Assembly: GCA_951406725.2 (NCBI GenBank)
Contig: OX597815.1
Location: forward strand, 168,826,001 to 168,890,000
Direction of reading: 5' to 3'
From: Octopus vulgaris
Taxonomy: Eukaryota
DNA length: 64,000 nt
Under the pieces are notes generated by a model that was not told the DNA's origin, made no database searches, and was given only the letters and a program-made list of their open reading frames with translations. Shown here in pieces: positions 40,242 to 53,594 of the stretch. The first letter of the stretch is position 1. Every line of letters begins with the position of its first letter. The position numbers and the translations under genes are program-made.

Positions 40242-41645
40242 TTATTTATTTATTTATTTATCTGTGTGTTTGTTATGTTTGTCCCCAACCACCACTTCAC
40301 AACCAGTGTTGGTTTTGTTTAAGTCCCTGTTATACAAAAAAAAAAAAATTCACAGGCTTAAAAAAAAAAAGAAATTGGGATTGATTTATTTGAATACACC
40401 CTTCAAAGAAGAGCCCCAGCTTGGCTGCAGTTCAATGACTGAATCAAGGAAATGATAGAAGATATCTCATTAAATTCTACTTTCTCAATCTCACCCAACA
40501 TCTTCCATACATACCTACTTATCTTCTAATCACTCTACCAACTTTATCTCCAGTTCCCCATTGTTCCTCTAATTCATGCTTCACTATTTCCTCCCATTGT
40601 CCTGTACAAATCATCTCTTTTCTTTTTTTTTCTTCTCCCTACTTTTCACCTCTTCCTCTTCTACTGATATGTTATAGTTACAGGAAGCTTTATAAAAAAT
40701 TAAGGATACTGCCCTTCTGCTGAATAAGCAAACAAAAAAAAAAGTCAATTTGCCCTCAATTCTAATTGGTGTATCATGTACATTTTATTCATATTTTTTT
40801 TTTAAATTTTATTAAGTTGTTCTGCTCAAGTGATGACAAAAGAAACTTAAAATAATCAGATATATAACAAGAATCAGGTGATTACTAAGTCCCCAGAATT
40901 AATTAAAAGGTCTTTCTGATATTGGTGGCATGATGGGTACAAAGCAAAATAAGTGGATATTAAACAATGATGATGATGATGACAGTTCAGTCAGAGAAAG
41001 GAAAGCAATGCTTGTGACCTTTTTGCAAGGTTTTTGAAACTGACTACTGGTAAGAGAGGAAGAAGTCATAGCTGATAAAGAAGCTGCAGTAAGGAGCAGT
41101 ACATCAAGATATTGTGTTCTCCTCAGAATGGAATACTAATCGGAAAGCATAGTATAGAATGGATTCTTTTAAAGCGGTGGTTCTCAACTGGGGTCCATAT
41201 AAGATTTTGCAGGGGTCTACACAACAAAATAGTAAATTGGAGATCCACAATAGTATTTTAAGGGCCCCTACGTCAACACCAACATCAAAATAAAAATCAA
41301 ATGGAAATTGTAGTTAAGATACCCATGCCGGTGACATGTAAAAAGCACTGTCCGAACATGGCAGATGCCAGCGCCGCCTGACTGGCGTCCATGTCGGTGA
41401 CATGCATGCATGTATGTATGTATGTATGTATAAAAACAAGCTTCCATCAACAAAGTTCACTCATTGGTTGGCCTGGGGTTATAATAGAAGACACTTGCCC
41501 AAGGTAGCACACAATGGGACTGAACCCAAAACCAAGTGGTTACAAAATGAGCTTCTTAACGACACACCAATGTCTGTGCCTATTTAATGAAAACTTCTTA
41601 TAAAAATTGTTTCTTTGTTGTGCTAATCATATAAGTGTTGCTGAC

Positions 41646-43064
41646 ATCATCATCATCATCGTTTAACGTCCGCTTTCCGCGCTAGCACGGGTTGGACGGT
41701 TCGACCGGGTCTGGGAAGCCAGGGGCCGCTCCAGGCTCCAGTCTGAATCTGGCAGAGTTTCTACGGCTGGATGCCCTTCCTAACGCCAACCACTCCGTGA
41801 GTGGATTGGGTACTTTTTACGTGCCACCTGCACAGGGGCCGGAGGGTCCGGCATCAGTCACGATCGGTTCGAGCTTTTAACGTGTCAGCGGCACGGGGGC
41901 AACGAGGTCCGGGGTACTTTGGGGATCGGGGTACTTTGGGGATCCAGGGTACTTTGGGGATCCGGGGTACTTAGAATGGGTAGGGGGTATGTGGAATTGC
42001 TGCAGAAAGCAGCCCGGGTCTTTGTAGTCACAGCATATCTCCAGAGATCTCGGTCCTTCGCCATTGCCTCAGTGAGGCCCAATGCTCTGAGGTTATGCTT
42101 GACTACCTCATCCCATGTCTTCCTGGGTCTACCTCTCCCCCTGATACCTTCAACTGTTTGGGAGTGGCACTTCTTCACACATCTCTCTTCATCCATCCGC
42201 AGCACATGACCATACCATCGCAAGCGTCGCTCTTGCACACCACATCTGATGCTTCTTATATCCAGCATTTCTCTCAGGATGCTTACACTCTGTCTTGCGT
42301 GCACACTGACACTACACATCCAGCGGATCATGCTAGCTTCATTTCTTTCAAGTCTACGCATGTCTTCTGCAGTCACAGCCCATGTTTCATTACCGTGAAG
42401 CATGGCAGTTCGCACACATGCATCATACAATCTACCTTTCGCTCTGAGGGAGAGACCTTTTGTTGCCAGTAGGGGTAGGAGCTTTCTGAACTTTGCCCAG
42501 GCTATTCGTATTCTAGTGGTGATACTCTCTGTGCATCCACCTCCGCTACTAACTTGGTCACCCAGGTAGCGGAAACTATCAACTACTTCTAGTTTCTCTC
42601 CCTGGAGTGTGATGGAATCTGTTTTCTGAGTGTCTGTTGTGTCTATTGTCCCTGTGCATCTGCCGCACATGAAAGCTATCTTATCTGTTAATTTCCCTTT
42701 AATGTTGCTGCACCTCTTATGTGTCCATAACTTACATTGGGTGCATCTTATGGAGTTTCTACCTGTACCTTTCCTACAGGTTGAGCAGGGCCACCTACCC
42801 GAGGGGGTGTGTGCTGAGTACCTCTTGCTGCTTACTAATACTTTGGTCTTTGCTACATTTATTCTAAGGCCCTTTGATTCCAACCCTTGCTTCCACACCC
42901 GAAATTTCTCTTCTAGTTCCGGTAGTGATTCTGCTATGAGAGCTAGGTCATCGGCATAGAGGAGCTCCCAGGGGCATCCCGTTTTGAATTCCTCTGTTAT
43001 TGCCTGAAGGACTATGATGAATAAAAGGGGACTGAGGGCTGAGCCCTGGTGCACACCTACTTCT
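41646..43064 (-). mobile_element. 5'-truncated RTE-clade LINE: RT C-terminal part, PHD finger, 3' UTR and (GAT)n tail
   Basis: Uninterrupted frame with GVHQGSALSPLLF, LLYADDLAL, VDSFRYLG, RRLRWYGHVLRM and GRGRPRKTW. It is contiguous with the 3' UTR sequence found in many short copies across the window. Confidence 0.92.
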
Positions 43065-44349
43065 ATATATATAAAATATAACATGCTAACACTTTCTCAA
43101 ATTCTCAGTGAGAAGTTACTATCCAGAACTTCAAAAGTACCAGTATTATTGCAGAAGAGCCATACTTAATTCAAAATAGACTATCAATAAACAAACAGCA
43201 ACTGAAGTTGTTCAACTTATCAGTTAAGCGCGTCCTAGTATGTCAATAACATGAAAATAGCCTTATCATGGTTAAGATAAACAGTGAAATTCAAATACAT
43301 TCAACAACCCAGCTTTCTCTTTACTACATATGGTGCACAATATTAGGAGAATTTAATCAATTTGTTTCTTACTTTTAGTCAAGAGGGAAGGCAATGCCTA
43401 TGTTTCTTTACTGTCCCTCATCCCCCTGAGACTAGTAAGAGGGAGAGAGTAAGGTAACTTCAAAGAGGAGACCTGGCCTCAATGCTTGCAAAGGAAATGG
43501 ACTCGGTTGCCTGGTACCTTAGGTATTTTTAACAATATTAAACAAGGTTGTAAATTAAGTCAGTCACCCAGGTAGGTCATGGCAGGATCCAAACACAAAA
43601 TGCTAAAAGCAGAAATAAATACTGCAAGGCAACCACTCTCAGATTCTTAACCCTTTCATTACCATATTTCTGTAGAAATACACTGATTTTGTTTTAATTA
43701 ATTCTGAAATAATGAAGAATAAAATAATTTTACTATAGGCACAGGCATGGCTGTGTGGTAAGAAGCTTGCTTCCCAACCACATAGTTCCAGGTTCAGTCC
43801 CATTGCATGGCACCTTGGGCAATATCTTCTACTATCACCTCAGGCCAACTAAAACCTTATGAGTGGATTTGATAGACGGAAACTGAAAGAAGCCCATCAT
43901 ATGTATATGTAATATGTATGTATCTTTGTGTCTCTGTTTGTCCCCCCCCCCCATCACTGCTTAACAATTGGTGTTGGCGTGATTACGTCCCCGTAACTTA
44001 GTGGTTCAGCAAAAGAGACCGATAGAATAAGTAGTAGGCTTAAAAATAAATTCTGGGGTTAATTTGTTCAACTAAAAACTTTCAATGCAGTGCTCCAGCA
44101 TGGCTGCAGTCAAGCTACTGAAACAAGTAAAAGGATAAACGAATAAAAAAAATATTAAGCTGAGGTTTGGAACATAAATTAAGTTTTGATGGGAGGTTTT
44201 AATTTAAATCACTTTAAAACAGTAAGTTTATATTACAGAACCAGGGGCAGTCTCAGGCAGATTGATATCAAATGGGTTAACAGTTCTGTTAAAGCACCAA
44301 CCTGGATTATTACTCACATTTTTATCACACACACACCCCCATCAGAGAA

Positions 44350-44670
44350 ATCAAAAAACAACACAGCACCCATGGCTTTCGAAAACGTTTTTTTCACACT
44401 AAGAATTAAGAATTGCTGAAGCATGGAAAAAAAACTACCCACATCAGTTGTTAGCTCTAGGGACACTACATCTTTCAAAACCTCCATGCTTCCCGTAATT
44501 CGCCAACAGTACATCTGATGTCCCTCACCCCAAAACTTTATTTAAACAACTCGTCCACTGTTCACTTTCTATGCATTATTCTATGTACTGTTCGAGCACT
44601 CTTGGCTACTTTTTCTGGTGAGTTGTAGTGCACCTGAGCACTTTATACAATAAGTTGAGTATTATTATAA
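44350..44670 (+). mobile_element. 3' end of a CR1/L2-type LINE
   Basis: Reads HGFRKRFFTLRI..AEAWKKLPTSVVSSRDTTSFK, resembling the CR1 ORF2 C-terminus, followed by a short 3' UTR and (ATT)n. Confidence 0.6.
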
Positions 44671-44841
44671 TTTTAAATGAAACACAAATTTGACTTCAGC
44701 AGGATTTGAAAAGACAACTGGAATAAACACTATAAGACAGTCAATCTGACTTGCCAATTCACTAGTTGGATGATTTGTAATACTGTATGAGGAGAATTTA
44801 GAAAGTAGATAAGAGTATTGTAATCATATATGTCAGACTAG

Positions 44842-45090
44842 AATTTCATCTAGGCCAGCCGTGTGCTAATATCAAATACAACCTTTCATGGTAGTAACAG
44901 AGAGGCTAAGGCGTAAGGCCACTGGCTCATATATCCTCGAATGAGAATTTCTTACTACTATTTAATTTCATCTAGGCCAGCGATGTGCTAATAGCAAATA
45001 CAACCTTTCATGGTAGAAACAGAGAGGCTAAGGCGTAAGGCCACTAGCTCATATATCCTCGAATGAGAATTTCTTACTACCATTTAATTT
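44842..45090. repeat. Tandem direct duplication, 122-bp unit, two copies
   Basis: The units start at 44842 and 44964 (AATTTCATCTAGGCCAGC...) and differ by a few substitutions. Confidence 0.9.
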
Positions 45091-45884
45091 TATACTCAAA
45101 AATTATATATTACTTAATGGAAAAAAGTGAAGGCATGTGGCTCACATGTAGCTCAGTGGTTAGAGTATTGGGTTCAAAATCATGAGGTAATGAATTTGAT
45201 TCCCGGACTGGACTGTGTGTTTTGTTCTTGAGCAAGACAATTTACTTCATGTTATTCCAGTTCATACAGCTACAGAAATGAGTTGCAACGTCACTGGTGC
45301 CAAGCTGCATCAGCCTTTGCCTTTCCCTTGGTGGTGTGAAGAGGGGCGGCTGGTACACATGGGATGGTCTTCCATGTGCAGACTTGTGCCTCAGAGGGTA
45401 ACTTTCAATATGCAATCTCATGGTCATTCATGACCAAAGGGGATCTTTTACTCTTTACTCTTTAATAAATAAAAAAAAAACAGAGGAGGAGGAGATAGTA
45501 ACATAGTACAAGATAGTGCTGCAATATTACTTAACCCTTCTGATATCAATGCACTTGAGACAAGCCTTATTTTTGTGATACAAATTTCCTGTTTAACCCT
45601 TTGTTTTTATGTGCCCTTTTCAAGCCTAGCCAGATTCATGGGCCTGGTTTCCCGGTTTCTGTGACATATGTGTTCCCCCAGCTGGATGGGACACCAGTCC
45701 ATTGCAGCGTTACTCAAGAAACAGGAAGAGAGAGTGAGAGAAAGTTGGGGCAAAAGAGTACAACAGGGGTCGTCATCCCCCCCCTGCCAGAGCCTCGTGG
45801 AGCTTTAGGTGTTTTCGCTCAATAAACACACAACTGTGAGTCCGCTGCCCTAACCACTGGGCCATTGCACCTCCACAGTGCTTA

Positions 45885-46085
45885 ACCCTTTAGTAATCAG
45901 ATTATTTTGTCAATTGTGATGCTTCATCCATTACCTTGTAGCTCTGAAATTTTGATGATGTAATTATTTATTTTCAGAATGACACTGTAGGGTAGTTATG
46001 AGAGGCCGAGTCTGGCTGGTCTGAACAGAAAATAAGTTAGAATATTTGGGCAGGCTAATGGCTGATTTAAATACTAAAGGGTTAA
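45885..46085. mobile_element. Second TTAA-flanked MITE family. Related copies near 7672-7885, 17145-17370 and 17930-18145
   Basis: Ends TTAACCCTTTAGTA...TACTAAAGGGTTAA, with a shared internal sequence. Confidence 0.6.
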
Positions 46086-48255
46086 AAATGAGGCAAATTA
46101 AAATCTCCAGTCAAAATTTCATGTTAATATATGTTCCAAACACCATCTTAATAATGGCTTCAAATGTTGGCACAAGGCCAGCAATTTCATGGAAAGGTAT
46201 AAGTCATTTACATCAACCAAAGTAGTCAACTGGTGCTTATTTTATTGGCCCCAAAATGATAAAAAGTAAGCTCTACCTTGGTGGAATTTGAACTCAGAAC
46301 GTAAAGACAAGGCAAAATGCTGTTAAGCATTTTACCCAGTGTGCTAATAACTCTGCCAGCTTGCCATCCTAAACACCATCTTAATAATGACGACAAAATT
46401 ATTTGACTAAATTGTTCAGTATTTTCAAAATTTATTGAAACAAAGGCAGTATACTGTTGTGTCTGGGGAGAGTCATTTTCTTTTTGTGCCTTATAATGTA
46501 ACACACTCACCGGTAAAATTTCCACTTATTTCTTATTTTTGTTTTCCTAAAATTTTCGTTGCGTCTTGCAACCTTTTCAACAGTCTTAACAGTACATTTC
46601 AACATCATCAACATCATCGTTTAACGTCCGCTTTCCATGCTAGCATGGGTTGGATGATTTGACTGAGGGCTGGCGAACCAGATTGCTGCACCAGGCTCCA
46701 ATCTTGATCTGGCAGAGTTTCTACAGCTGGATGCCCTTCCTAACACCAACCACTCCAAGAGTGTAGTGGGTGCTTCTTACATGCCTCTGGCACGAGGGCC
46801 AGTCAGGCGGTACTGGCAACAACCTCACTCGAATCTTTTTACACATGCCACCGGCACAGGTACCAGAACATATAATATTTTAGTATAGTTACTATAAAGT
46901 GACAAAAGGAGTGAAAGCCTCGGTTGGATTGACACTTCCAAACCGCTATGGCAGGAACATTTTGTGATTATAAATTTGTCAGGTGCCTTCTTTCATAACT
47001 TAACCAGAACTTTATGGTCATTTCTGGGACACCTCTGGCCAGCTCAGTCAGAGCTAACTTGAGACAATCAAAATTAACCTTCAACAGTTCAAACTGAACA
47101 TTAACTACAATAAATTCATCAAATTACACCCATCTCCTGTCCCCTCTAGGAGGGAATACAAAAATTTAAAGGTGTGACGAAAATTTGATCAAAACTGAAA
47201 ATGATATAATACTAAGACTTCTAAGCTTAACAGATAGTGGTGATGATGGTGGTGGTAGTGGTGGTTTAGATATTTAGCGAAGAAAAAATTTTTTGAGATG
47301 TGTGATATTTAGTTCGACAATGATCATCCATACATTTAATGGTACATTACATAATGTTGAACTATTTGTGCAACTATCTATCCAAATTTTTAGAACATTT
47401 AACAGATTTGAAAATTGTGAAAAAATAAATATATGTATACAAAAATGAAAACTTGTATTAAAAAAAAATGCAAAGCATTAAAAATTACAGGTACTTAGGA
47501 TAGTCAAACCTATTTACAACAATTCAATGAAATCAACACACATTTTGTACTAAATACTACAGGTCATTATTTGATACCGCCCAAGTTTCATTTGATAAAC
47601 TGATGTATCCATTACACTTCTTAGGATATTTGATCACCTTGAAAGATACTTTTCTATGGTTTTCCTTGCTTGTTTGTGCTCGTCTTTCTTCAGATTACAC
47701 ACTTACAGTAAGCGATAATCACAGCTTTAACAAAAAGCCACTCCTCAATAACAGCTACTCTTATCTTATTATGATGTGACAGAGATAGCAGTTTGCAGAG
47801 TCACTAGACAGTAAACCTTTCTGATTTTTGCACAAGGCCAGCAATTTTGAGAGGAGAGGTTAGTTGATTACATCAAACCCAGTGTTCAACTGGTACTTAT
47901 TTATCAACCTCAAAAGGATGAAAGCAAGGTTGACCTCAATGGAATTTGAACCAGAAGTAGTTCTGCTAAGTACTTTGGCCAACATGCTAATAATTCGGCC
48001 AGCTCACTCACTGCATTAAGAGTCAATAGACTACAATAAAAGAGAAAATTCCATTTATTCTTGTACGTGTTTCAGTCATTTGACTGTGGCCATGCTGGGG
48101 CACTGCCTTAAAGGGTTTCAGTTGAAGAAATCAACCCCAGAACTTATTCTTTGTAAGCCTAGTACTTATTATATCAGTCTCTTTTGCTGAACCACTAAAT
48201 AAACACACCAAAATCAGTTGTCAAGCAATGGTGGGGGACAAACAGACATAAAGAT

Positions 48256-48877
48256 ACATCATCATCATTGTCGTCGCTTAACGTCCACTTTTCATGCTGG
48301 CATGGGTTGGACGATTTGACTATACCAGGCTCCAATCTGATCTGGCAAAGTTTCTACAGACTGATGCCCTCCCTAACGCCAACCATTCCAAGAGTGTAGT
48401 GGGTGCTTTTTACATGCCACTGGCATGAGGGCTGGTCAGGTGGCACTGGAAACAACCATGCTCAAATGGTGCTTTTTACGTGCCACCAGCACAGGACCAA
48501 TCAGGCAGCACTGGTATTGACCACACTCAAATGGTGCTTTTTACATACCACTGGCACTGGAGCCAGTCAGGCGGTACTGGCATCGGTCACAGCAATGACT
48601 TCACTTGACTCAACATGTCTTCTCAAGCACAGTTCATTGCCCAATGATTGAAGAGTACACTTAAATGGGCTGGTTATGCTACACTGGCATATGCCATGGT
48701 TACGGTCTCACTTGCCAGGTCTTCTCAAGCACAGCATATCTCCAAAGGTCTCGGCCACTTGTCATTGCCTCAGTGTGGCCCAACGTTCGAAGCTCGTGCT
48801 TCACCAGCTCATCCCAGGTCTTCCTGGCTCTACCTCTTCCACAGGTTCCCCCTACTGCTAGGGTGTGACACGTTTTC

Positions 48878-48880
<3 letters not shown>
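48256..48880 (-). mobile_element. Short RTE LINE 3' fragment of a related family
   Basis: CGRGRARKTWDELVKHELRTLG...DLWRYAVLEKT, followed by the shared 3' UTR and (GAT)n. Confidence 0.8.
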
Positions 48881-48918
<38 letters not shown>

Positions 48919-48961
48919 TGCAGCACGGTACTGGCAACGGCCATGCTCAAATAGTGTGTAT

Positions 48962-48999
<38 letters not shown>

Positions 49000-49685
49000 T
49001 GCATGCACACAAAGATAGAGTGATAGATACAACTGAGTGGGCAAACAGAAATATGAAACACTGCCTAGTGCTTTTTTTTTTTTTTTTTTGATAAGCCTGG
49101 AACTTATTCTATCAGTTTCTTTTTGTGAAACCAGTAAGTTATGGGGATGAAAATAAACGAACAGCAGTTGTGAGGCAGTGATGAGGGAGAAACACAGAGA
49201 CAAAGACACACACATACACTTACATGTATACATACATATATATACGATTGATTTCTTTCAGTCCACTCACAAGGCTTTGGTTGGTCTGAGGCTATAGCAG
49301 AAGACACATGCCAAGTCACCACACAGTGGTACTGAAACCAGGACCATGTGTTTTGGAACCAAGTTTCTTACCACACAGCCACACCTGCACCTATGTATGT
49401 GTGTGTGTGTGTGTGTGTATGGGTGTATATATGTATGCATGTATACATATGTGTGTACATATTACATGTACATCTATATATATAGATCGCCATGTTGATT
49501 CGCTAGCTTCTGCACGCATTTTTTTTCTCTCCTTGTTTCTCTCCGTGTTTCTTTTCTGTTGAAGAGCGTAGGCTCAAAACGTAAAAGACTTGTTTTATTT
49601 CCATTCCTGAGCGCCATACTAATACAATTGTTTGTTTGTACTCCACCTGCCTTCGTCTTTTGTTTATTTTCATAAAGCTTCCCGT

Positions 49686-49765
49686 TATATATATATATAC
49701 ATCTACACATATACATGTATACATATACATCTATATATATGTACATCTATACATATACATATATA

Positions 49766-49807
<42 letters not shown>

Positions 49808-49960
49808 CATGTATATATACATATATATATACATATATATATATACATATATATATACATATATATATATATACATGTATATATACATATATATATACAC
49901 ATGTATATATATATATATATACACATGTATATATATATATATATATACACATGTATATAC

Positions 49961-50010
<50 letters not shown>

Positions 50011-50126
50011 GTATATATATATATATATATACACATGTATATATATATATATATACACATGTATATACATATATATATACATATATATATACATATATAT
50101 ATATACATGTATATATATATATATAT

Positions 50127-50190
<64 letters not shown>

Positions 50191-50207
50191 TATATATACA
50201 TCTATAT
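49686..50207. repeat. Long (TA)n/(TACA)n compound microsatellite
   Basis: Directly visible. It is the source of the YI-repeat ORFs. Confidence 0.95.
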
Positions 50208-50244
50208 AAAAAAGTTGAGTTGTGGGGTATCGCACGAGTGGGAT

Positions 50245-50902
50245 TATATATGAAAAAAGGTTTGAAAATGCAATTTAAACGATGTTTATTTACTTAACCG
50301 GTTTCACTCTTTGTTAAAAAGATTGTCAAAAGTAACATTGAATATTATGGGTTCAAAAAAAGTTTTTTACATAATTGTCACATTGAATATTATGAATTCA
50401 AAAATGTTTTTTTATACATAATTGTCACATTACATGTATAAATATAGTATAAAAAAGTTCAATAGTGTGATGAGAATATTTGGAAAAATTGGCAGAAAAG
50501 AATAAAACAAATATATTATTGGAAATTTGGTTGCGTTAATTATTGGTTGTCGCAAATTGTCACATTACATGTATATATATACAGTCTTTGGTAGAAATGA
50601 CATGTTAAAGACATAAGGAAGTGTAATAGTTTGGTGAGAAAGCTTGTAATATTGACAGAGAAAATTAAAATGGATATTTTAGACATCTCAGAATATTTTG
50701 AATCGAAGGCGAGAATTTGTTTTTTACTGACCTGTTTGTTTTAGCAGAAAAGTTGAATTGAGAGAAAAAAAGATATGTACCCAATTTGGTTTATACTTCC
50801 CCTTCAAGCATCAGTGACTTTGGGGTTATTGGGAGGTGAGTATGCGGGTGTGAATAGATGTGTCCGTGTGCCTGCTGGTCAGACAGCGTCTGTTTGTCAC
50901 AC

Positions 50903-50992
<90 letters not shown>

Positions 50993-51097
50993 CACACACA
51001 CACACAACGCACCCACATATATAATATATACACACAGCACACAAATATAACATGTATTTATATATAATATACACACATATATAAAACATACACACAC

Positions 51098-51143
<46 letters not shown>

Positions 51144-51858
51144 CATAATATAAATATCACACAAATACACCTAGCATATATATACACATACAATACACAT
51201 ACACAGCATGTATATAATACACATACACAATATATGCATGCAATATACATACGCAATACATACATATAATATATATATATATAGACAATGCATATACATA
51301 TATACATATATACATATAAATAGTGTTTACATACACATACATAGATATACCACATATACACACAATATACATACATACAATGCATACACATACACGTACG
51401 CATACATATAAAATATATAGACACACACACACATAACATACATACACAATGCATACATATATATACACGCAACGTATATACATGTATTCATGTATATATA
51501 GCACACTTACAATATACATATATACAATGCACACATACACACATATATACACTTAATTGTACACATACATATACAATACACATACATACAATATACATAT
51601 ACACAATGCGCATGCAAATAATGCACATGTTTATACACCCATATACATGAAAATATATATACACACACACACATACACACACACATATATATATATACAC
51701 ATATATATATATATATACACATATACATACATACATACATGCACATACATATATTTTTTCACACACATACACACACATATATATATAAAATTCACACACA
51801 CACCCACACACACAAAATACATTGTGTACGAGTGTATGTATTTACATGTGTATTTGTT

Positions 51859-51890
<32 letters not shown>

Positions 51891-52685
51891 CTGTGTGTGT
51901 ATATGCATGGTATGTGTGTATATGTGAGTACATTGTTTGTGTGTGTGTGCGGTATGTAGAGATATATTTGAGTGTGTACACTATAGGTTTGTATTTTGTG
52001 TGTGTGGGTGTGTGTGTGAATTTTATATATATATGTGTGTGTATGTGTGTGAAAAAATATATGTATGTGCATGTATGTATGTATGTATATGTGTATATAT
52101 ATATATATATGTGTATATATATATATGTGTGTGTGTATGTGTGTGTGTGTATATATATTTTCATGTATATGGGTGTATAAACATGTGCATTATTTGCATG
52201 CGCATTGTGTATATGTATATTGTATGTATGTGTATTGTATATGTATGTGTACAATTAAGTGTATATATGTGTGTATGTGTGCATTGTATATATGTATATT
52301 GTAAGTGTGCTATATATACATGAATACATGTATATACGTTGCGTGTATATATATGTATGCATTGTGTATGTATGTTATGTGTGTGTGTGTCTATATATTT
52401 TATATGTATGCGTACGTGTATGTGTATGCATTGTATGTATGTATATTGTGTGTATATGTGGTATATCTATGTATGTGTATGTAAACACTATTTATATGTA
52501 TATATGTATATATGTATATGCATTGTCTATATATATATATATTATATGTATGTATTGCGTATGTATATTGCATGCATATATTGTGTATGTGTATTATATA
52601 CATGCTGTGTATGTGTATTGTATGTGTATATATATGCTAGGTGTATTTGTGTGATATTTATATTATGTATATATGTGTGCGTGTG

Positions 52686-52722
<37 letters not shown>

Positions 52723-53578
52723 GTGTGTGTATGTTTTATATATGTGTGTATATTATATATAAATACATGTTATATTTGTGTGCTGTGTGTATATATTATA
52801 TATGTGGGTGCGTTGTGTGTGTGTGTGTTCTGTGTGTGTGTGTGTTGTGTGTATGTGGTGTGTGTGTGTATACTATGTGTGTGTGTGTATTGTTGTTGTG
52901 TGTGTGTGTGTATATATGTGTGTGACAAACAGACGCTGTCTGACCAGCAGGCACACGGACACATCTATTCACACCCGCATACTCACCTCCCAATAACCCC
53001 AAAGTCACTGATGCTTGAAGGGGAAGTATAAACCAAATTGGGTACATATCTTTTTTTCTCTCTCAATTCAACTTTTCTGCTAAAACAAACAGGTCAGTAA
53101 AAAACAAATTCTCGCCTTCGATTCAAAATATTCTGAGATGTCTAAAATATCCATTTTAATTTTCTCTGTCAATATTACAAGCTTTCTCACCAAACTATTA
53201 CACTTCCTTATGTCTTTAACATGTCATTTCTACCAAAGACTGTATATATATACATGTAATGTGACAATTTGCGACAACCAATAATTAACGCAACCAAATT
53301 TCCAATAATATATTTGTTTTATTCTTTTCTGCCAATTTTTCCAAATATTCTCATCACACTATTGAACTTTTTTATACTATATTTATACATGTAATGTGAC
53401 AATTATGTATAAAAAAACATTTTTGAATTCATAATATTCAATGTGACAATTATGTAAAAAACTTTTTTGAACCCATAATATTCAATGTTACTTTTGACAA
53501 TCTTTTTAACAAAGAGTGAAACCGGTTAAGTAAATAAACATCGTTTAAATTGCATTTTCAAACCTTTTTTCATATATA
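50245..53578. repeat. Large inverted repeat: arms 50245-51821 and 51990-53578, 168-nt spacer
   Basis: The unique portion 50245-50900 is the reverse complement of about 52920-53578. Mirrored ORFs (51557+ / 52254-, 50775+ / 53047-) have identical starts. Confidence 0.95.
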
Positions 53579-53594
53579 CATCTATATATATACA

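Noticed and set aside
47550-47760. Protein-like minus-strand fragments (VAVIEEWLFVKAVII..., NLKKDEHKQARKTIEKYLSR)
   Set aside because: It needs a frameshift and lacks convincing splice sites. It is probably a decayed insertion or chance.
49632-53031. Long YI/HT/CV-rich ORFs
   Set aside because: These are translations of (TA)n and (CA)n microsatellites and their inverted copy.
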